From Mytilus edulis (Eukaryota), in assembly GCF_963676685.1 (NCBI RefSeq), contig NC_092353.1, positions 26,683,690-26,747,689 on the forward strand: a stretch of DNA of 64,000 bases. Direction: 5' to 3'. Numbering within the stretch: the stretch's first letter is position 1; every line of letters starts with the position of its first letter. The notes beneath the pieces are model-generated. The model did no database searches. It was not told where the DNA came from and was given only the letters and a program-made list of their open reading frames with translations. Positions 59,786 through 64,000 of the stretch are shown piece after piece. Made by a program: the position numbers and the translations under genes.

Positions 59786-62700
59786 CTGAAAAAAATATTT
59801 ACTTCATGATTAATTACTATTTGTACCATATTGAGGATTAGAAACTTAATGTTCATATTACCTTGTATAAACTGACCAGCATAATTTAAGGAAACTTTAG
59901 CATAATCACTTCTGATTCAGATATGTTTTTTAAAATGCAAAATGTATGGATGTAATACCACCAAATTCTTTTACGTCACATCCGGTTGCTATGAAAACAA
60001 TAACAATCAAAACCAAGGAGTTAACAAAGACTCACAAAACCAAAGAAAAAGGGTAAAAAAAATGTCCCTTGAATTTGACAGTTGCAGGAAGTTGATCCTA
60101 CATTTCATTGCAGTTAAAACATTCTGGGTCAGAAAGATATATCTTGGGTGTTTTGAAAACCTATATGGATTACATTGTAACTCGTTACAAGGATAACTTA
60201 GTTTAAACAATATATATTCAGATTAATCAACACATACAAATATAATTCAGATTCAGGAACAAGCAAACTTGTTTATACAAATCGCTCTCTAACCTTTATG
60301 ACTCTGCATCTTGTTATTTGTTATCGTGAACATAAAATGAGAATTGAAACGAATGAATATTGTAACTTGTGTTTGCATATGATTGGTTTTCAGTTATTAT
60401 GAATATTCAATTATTGTTTATACTTTCATATGTGTTATCACTGTTAATAGTCTCACACAAATTTTATTATAGCGGATTAGATTATAAAATACATTTCATT
60501 TCTTCTTCGAAAAAAGTGTCTTACTGTTTTTGTTGGGATATCCTTTTTTGAATTTCAGGAACTCTGGCTTCTTGTCCTCATTTGCCCATTTCCAATTATA
60601 TTCTGTTTCGGACAATAAGCCTATCCAGAAAGTTATACCTGGAAAAAGATAAGTACAACTATAAAATGCAGTTTTATTTTAATGCATGTTATTTCAACAC
60701 AGTTATTTGAGCTGCATTCCCATTTTACAATATCAGAACTTTTTTTTCTATAAGCATTTTGAATATTTTTTAAGTTTAAGCTATAGTCATACAAACCTTA
60801 AGGGTACTGATTTATGTTAATGAAGAAAACTGCCGTTAATGTACACTTGTTTATAGCGTGTTGGTTATAAGTTTTCACTACGTCATGAGCGATGTTAAGT
60901 GATTATCGCCTCATTATATCTTAGTCACCACGAATATGTATCAGATGTGAATAATATTTGCAGATCTTTGATTGGTCATTAACCGTATCGTGTAGAAACT
61001 AAGTTTACAACACTAAACAGAAAAAACAACACAAAATCAAGGAGGATACACTGACAACCACTACAAAGATTTCTGTGTTCCTCTCGTTTAATTTTTCTTA
61101 TATTTACATCATTGAAAAGGTATGGGTCCATGCATCATCTGTCAAAGTTTTGAAGAAATTCACCGTTTCATTTTATGTTTAGGGTATAATGAATATGACC
61201 AGTTTTGGGGAACCCTAAAAAAACGGTAAAAACACTAGAAGGTAACAATCATTGTTTGTTTTTGCACATGTTATCATTAGAAATATTAATGAATGTTAAA
61301 TTGCATAGAAGAAACATATTTTAAAGTAAATCAGTAAAATTATCATAATGAAACAAACAACCTGAATGTAAAAAAAATGGTTATTAAATATTGATAAGGC
61401 AAAAAGACATTTCAGCTCAGATATTTTTTTCCAGCTTAGCCAGAACAAAAATATTGTCGTTTAATTCCTCCCAAAAATTGCTTAAACATTTATTGGTAAT
61501 AAATCTTGAAAATCACAAATTTTTATCGAATTTGACAATAATCTTTAATCATATTGGCTAACAAGATTTATGACTTTTGAACATCAGTAAACTAAGGTTT
61601 CCTTTGTTTATTTACTTACTTTTCTTGCGTGCACGCTCGGCAAGCCATCGGTTTTCTTTTTCATTGTCAACTTTCACTAAATAACCACCGATTTCCTCAC
61701 ATCGTTTCTGAAATATTAAGATACACCAAATTTGTATAATTGGGTTTATTCAAGATGCATAATAAAAGTTGAATTATTAGGTCTATTTAAAGATGAATAA
61801 AAAAAGTTTTTTTTTTCTTTTCATTTATTTATACTGTATTTAAAATGATGAAGTGTTTCATCACTTATTGAAACTTTTATTAACTTTATATGAGGACAAC
61901 TTTTTTTATCAATAAAGGACGATATGCGATAAATGTGGGTTTTTTTTTGCAAATGATATATTTTTAAAATAATGCATCAATGTTCAATTCTACAAGCGAA
62001 GTTTTTTTATTTTTTTGAAGAAAAAAAAAGAACTGCATAAGACATTGCATTCTGTGCTTTGGAAGGACATTTGTAAATGAAATCTTTATGGTACGTTACT
62101 TTGAAGTTTTTTCATTGTTTTTATAGCATTATTTGCACTCGATTTTGTAGTCTTTTTGCTAGATACATGTATTATTTATCCATTAAAAAGTAATACGTTA
62201 AGATTGTCATATGTTTTATATAAGATTACTAATCAATATTAAGGTCAACAAAACATCGTTGACAAACGATGAGAATATTAGCTTTTTAGTATTTAAAACA
62301 TCTCAAAGACTTTTATATGAAAATTTTGTTCAAACACTGGATCACAGTGTTGTAAAAATTTGTTAACAGCATTGATAAAAAACAATATAGTTGCAACTGA
62401 TCCGTTTGCACAAGGTACACGAATACTTCATTATTCTTGCAATGTTTTGATTTCAAATTTTCTGATTTAAGGTTTTTGATTGTCATTTTTATCCTAGCTT
62501 AAGGTAGATCATAAGTAAATGCTTTTTTAGATAGAATTTCTTATAATTTGCCAAAATGAAGATTTTCAAGATTTCAAAAACATAATAAAAAGTATGGGTC
62601 ACTGTGCTATTTTTCAAGCTATGAGTCCTTGAAAATTGCCTAAATTTGGTTAGTTTGTTCATGAAAAAACACATAATGCATAAAAAAAGTTCTATGAGAT

Positions 62701-63236
62701 AGAATTTTGAAATAAATTGTGAGAAGATAGGTTTCATAATATGTTTTAAGAAAATAAAAAGAAAACATGGTGTCACTGAACTTGTTTTCTAGCCACAAGT
62801 AAAAATAAAAAAATTCCCTATTAGACCAGTCTAAATTTTGTACTAAAAGAGTTATCTCCCCTTAAATGGCTCATTTGAAAAAAATGATTTTAAAAACCAA
62901 AATGTTTGATATTTATTAAAATATTTTGAATAATACAATAAATTAACAAGTTTTCTTTATATAGATAAACAGTCTAACCATTAATTTGCAAATCTGTTTC
63001 CAAATTTGCTGATTTGGGCAAATAACTAGACTGATTTTGTACTCTGATTGGACAATCCAAGATGGCGGTATACCATGAATCTACCTTAAACATATTTTGA
63101 TTGCCTTCAAATCTAAAAATGATGAAATAAACCACAAGACTTATCAAACAAACCTTAGCTTTTTCCCATGTCAATCTGTCTTTTGAAAATATATAACAGT
63201 GTCCATTGTGTTTTTGTTCGTTAGACCACTTTCTCG
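59667..63236 (-). CDS. C-type lectin domain (CTLD) protein gene on the minus strand. The gene-level span covers at least 4 coding exons. The 5' exons (signal peptide and first Cys) were not located and may lie beyond 63236.
   Basis: Exons on the minus strand at 63236-63154, 61707-61620, 60638-60525 and 59785-59667 (with the stop). Phases are consistent: 0/1/1 between exons. Conceptual product: ARKWSNEQKHNGHCYIFSKDRLTWEKAK|KRCEEIGGYLVKVDNEKENRWLAERARKK|SITFWIGLLSETEYNWKWANEDKKPEFLKFKKGYPNKN|TSSPRCVILYYNDYGYWRNYSCSYSRNYVCETNKCKYNK*. It has the full CTLD signature: CY.FS...W..A...C...GG.L..V.N..E...L, then WIGL.D, W.W..., then C..L....W.D..C.....YVCE. Confidence 0.75.
60525..60638 (-). CDS. CTLD gene exon (WIGL / WxW segment)
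   Basis: Minus-strand acceptor CTTTTTCCAG|GTATAAC and donor AAAAACA|GTAAGA. Peptide (S)ITFWIGLLSETEYNWKWANEDKKPEFLKFKKGYPNKN. Confidence 0.7.
61620..61707 (-). CDS. CTLD gene exon (C..GG.LV.V.N..E segment)
   Basis: Minus-strand acceptor AATATTTCAG|AAACGATG and donor AAGAAAA|GTAAGT. Peptide KRCEEIGGYLVKVDNEKENRWLAERARKK. Confidence 0.7.
63154..63236 (-). CDS. CTLD gene exon (W..CYxFS segment)
   Basis: Minus-strand acceptor TTTTTTATAG|CGAGAAAG and donor GCTAAG|GTTTGT. Lies within ORF 62974-63279(-). Confidence 0.6.
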
Positions 63237-64000
63237 CTATAAAAAAGTAAAACATATTGTGAAATAAAAATAAATCCAAGTATACGTTCTTTTATCTGCA
63301 AAAATTAATATATGTATATGGCGGAAATATGTTTCGGAAACTTCAAAACAGAGAAAAACACTTTCAAGTCGACCATTTCTACCTCCAACGTTGAATGTTT
63401 GAAATTTGAAGGCTTTTCTACCTCAGAAATAGATTACCTTAGCTGTTTTTGGCAAGACTATTTAGGCATTTGTTGTCCTCAATGCTCTTCAACTTCACTG
63501 TTGAGTCTTTTGTAGACGAAACGCCCTTATGACGCAAATACAACATTTCAATCCTGATAATTATGATGAGTTTATATTCAGTAATTATTTTATATATTTC
63601 GTTAAATGTTTTCTTACTTTTCTTTTAAATTTAGCAGTTTTTTCAAAAAGCTTTCGAATATATGGCACTGGACTTATGAACCATTTTATTGAAGAAAAAA
63701 AAAGAAAATATAGCTGATTACGATAACATTTCTTTTTTCCACAATTGAGGGATATGAATGAATGATAATATAGTTTCAGTTAATCAACAGTTATTGTGTT
63801 TTCTTCTAATGGAATAGCCAGAAGCTCTGCTTTTGTTTTCTTATGCGAAGGGGAAAGACTTTTCTAACAGGTTTTGTGCCGCATTTAACTCTTGCTACCA
63901 ATTCGAACTCTGTTTCACTTATGATACCTTTCTTTTTGTTAGAAAAGTTACATTATAACATTTGCCTTCAGGTTAAAATATCTAGTCTCAACATATAGCT

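Overview
This window is eukaryotic nuclear DNA, not prokaryotic. It is AT-rich (visibly well under 40% GC), the genes have GT-AG introns, and it carries satellite arrays and dense interspersed repeats. The repeat content (Penelope-like reverse-transcriptase remnants, SINE/MITE-like families) and the gene set suggest an invertebrate, plausibly a bivalve mollusc; that attribution is inference only. I find no CRISPR array, no operon structure and no prokaryotic defence or secretion system. The hidden-system premise does not fit this window; what is interesting here is eukaryotic genome architecture. 

Contents, 5' to 3':
- 60-2700: a 2.65-kb satellite array with a ~27-bp monomer and higher-order structure. 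A 5'-truncated reverse-transcriptase retroelement is inserted at 2715-3285, and the satellite resumes to ~3352.
- 3659-7296 (+): the 3'-terminal exons of an MBOAT-family acyltransferase that most resembles hedgehog acyltransferase (HHAT). It has the YVPLGGS and FIWHG motifs and includes a 36-nt micro-exon. The satellite lies upstream of or inside an intron of this gene.
- 7.3-25.6 kb: AT-rich intergenic DNA full of interspersed repeats. It contains a nested and partly inverted repeat cluster (14.9-20.5 kb) and a 24-bp minisatellite (23.9-24.6 kb).
- 26325-34217 and 40469-51157 (+): a tandem pair of SLC22-type (organic cation/anion transporter, MFS superfamily) genes with 9 coding exons each. 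Copy 1 is intact throughout. Copy 2 carries several lesions (exon-1 donor GT to AT, a 1-nt deletion at the start of exon 3, and 8-nt plus 10-nt deletions that recode TM12) and has a retroelement insertion in intron 4, so it is probably degenerating.
- 34268-36500: a ~2.2-kb non-autonomous DNA transposon with 29-bp perfect terminal inverted repeats and subterminal repeats, immediately 3' of copy 1.
- 53890-54345: a foldback/MITE-like element.
- 59667-63236 (-): a C-type lectin domain gene (at least 4 exons in the window).

All exon coordinates come from manual splice-site and frame reasoning and should be treated as approximate (within a few nt).
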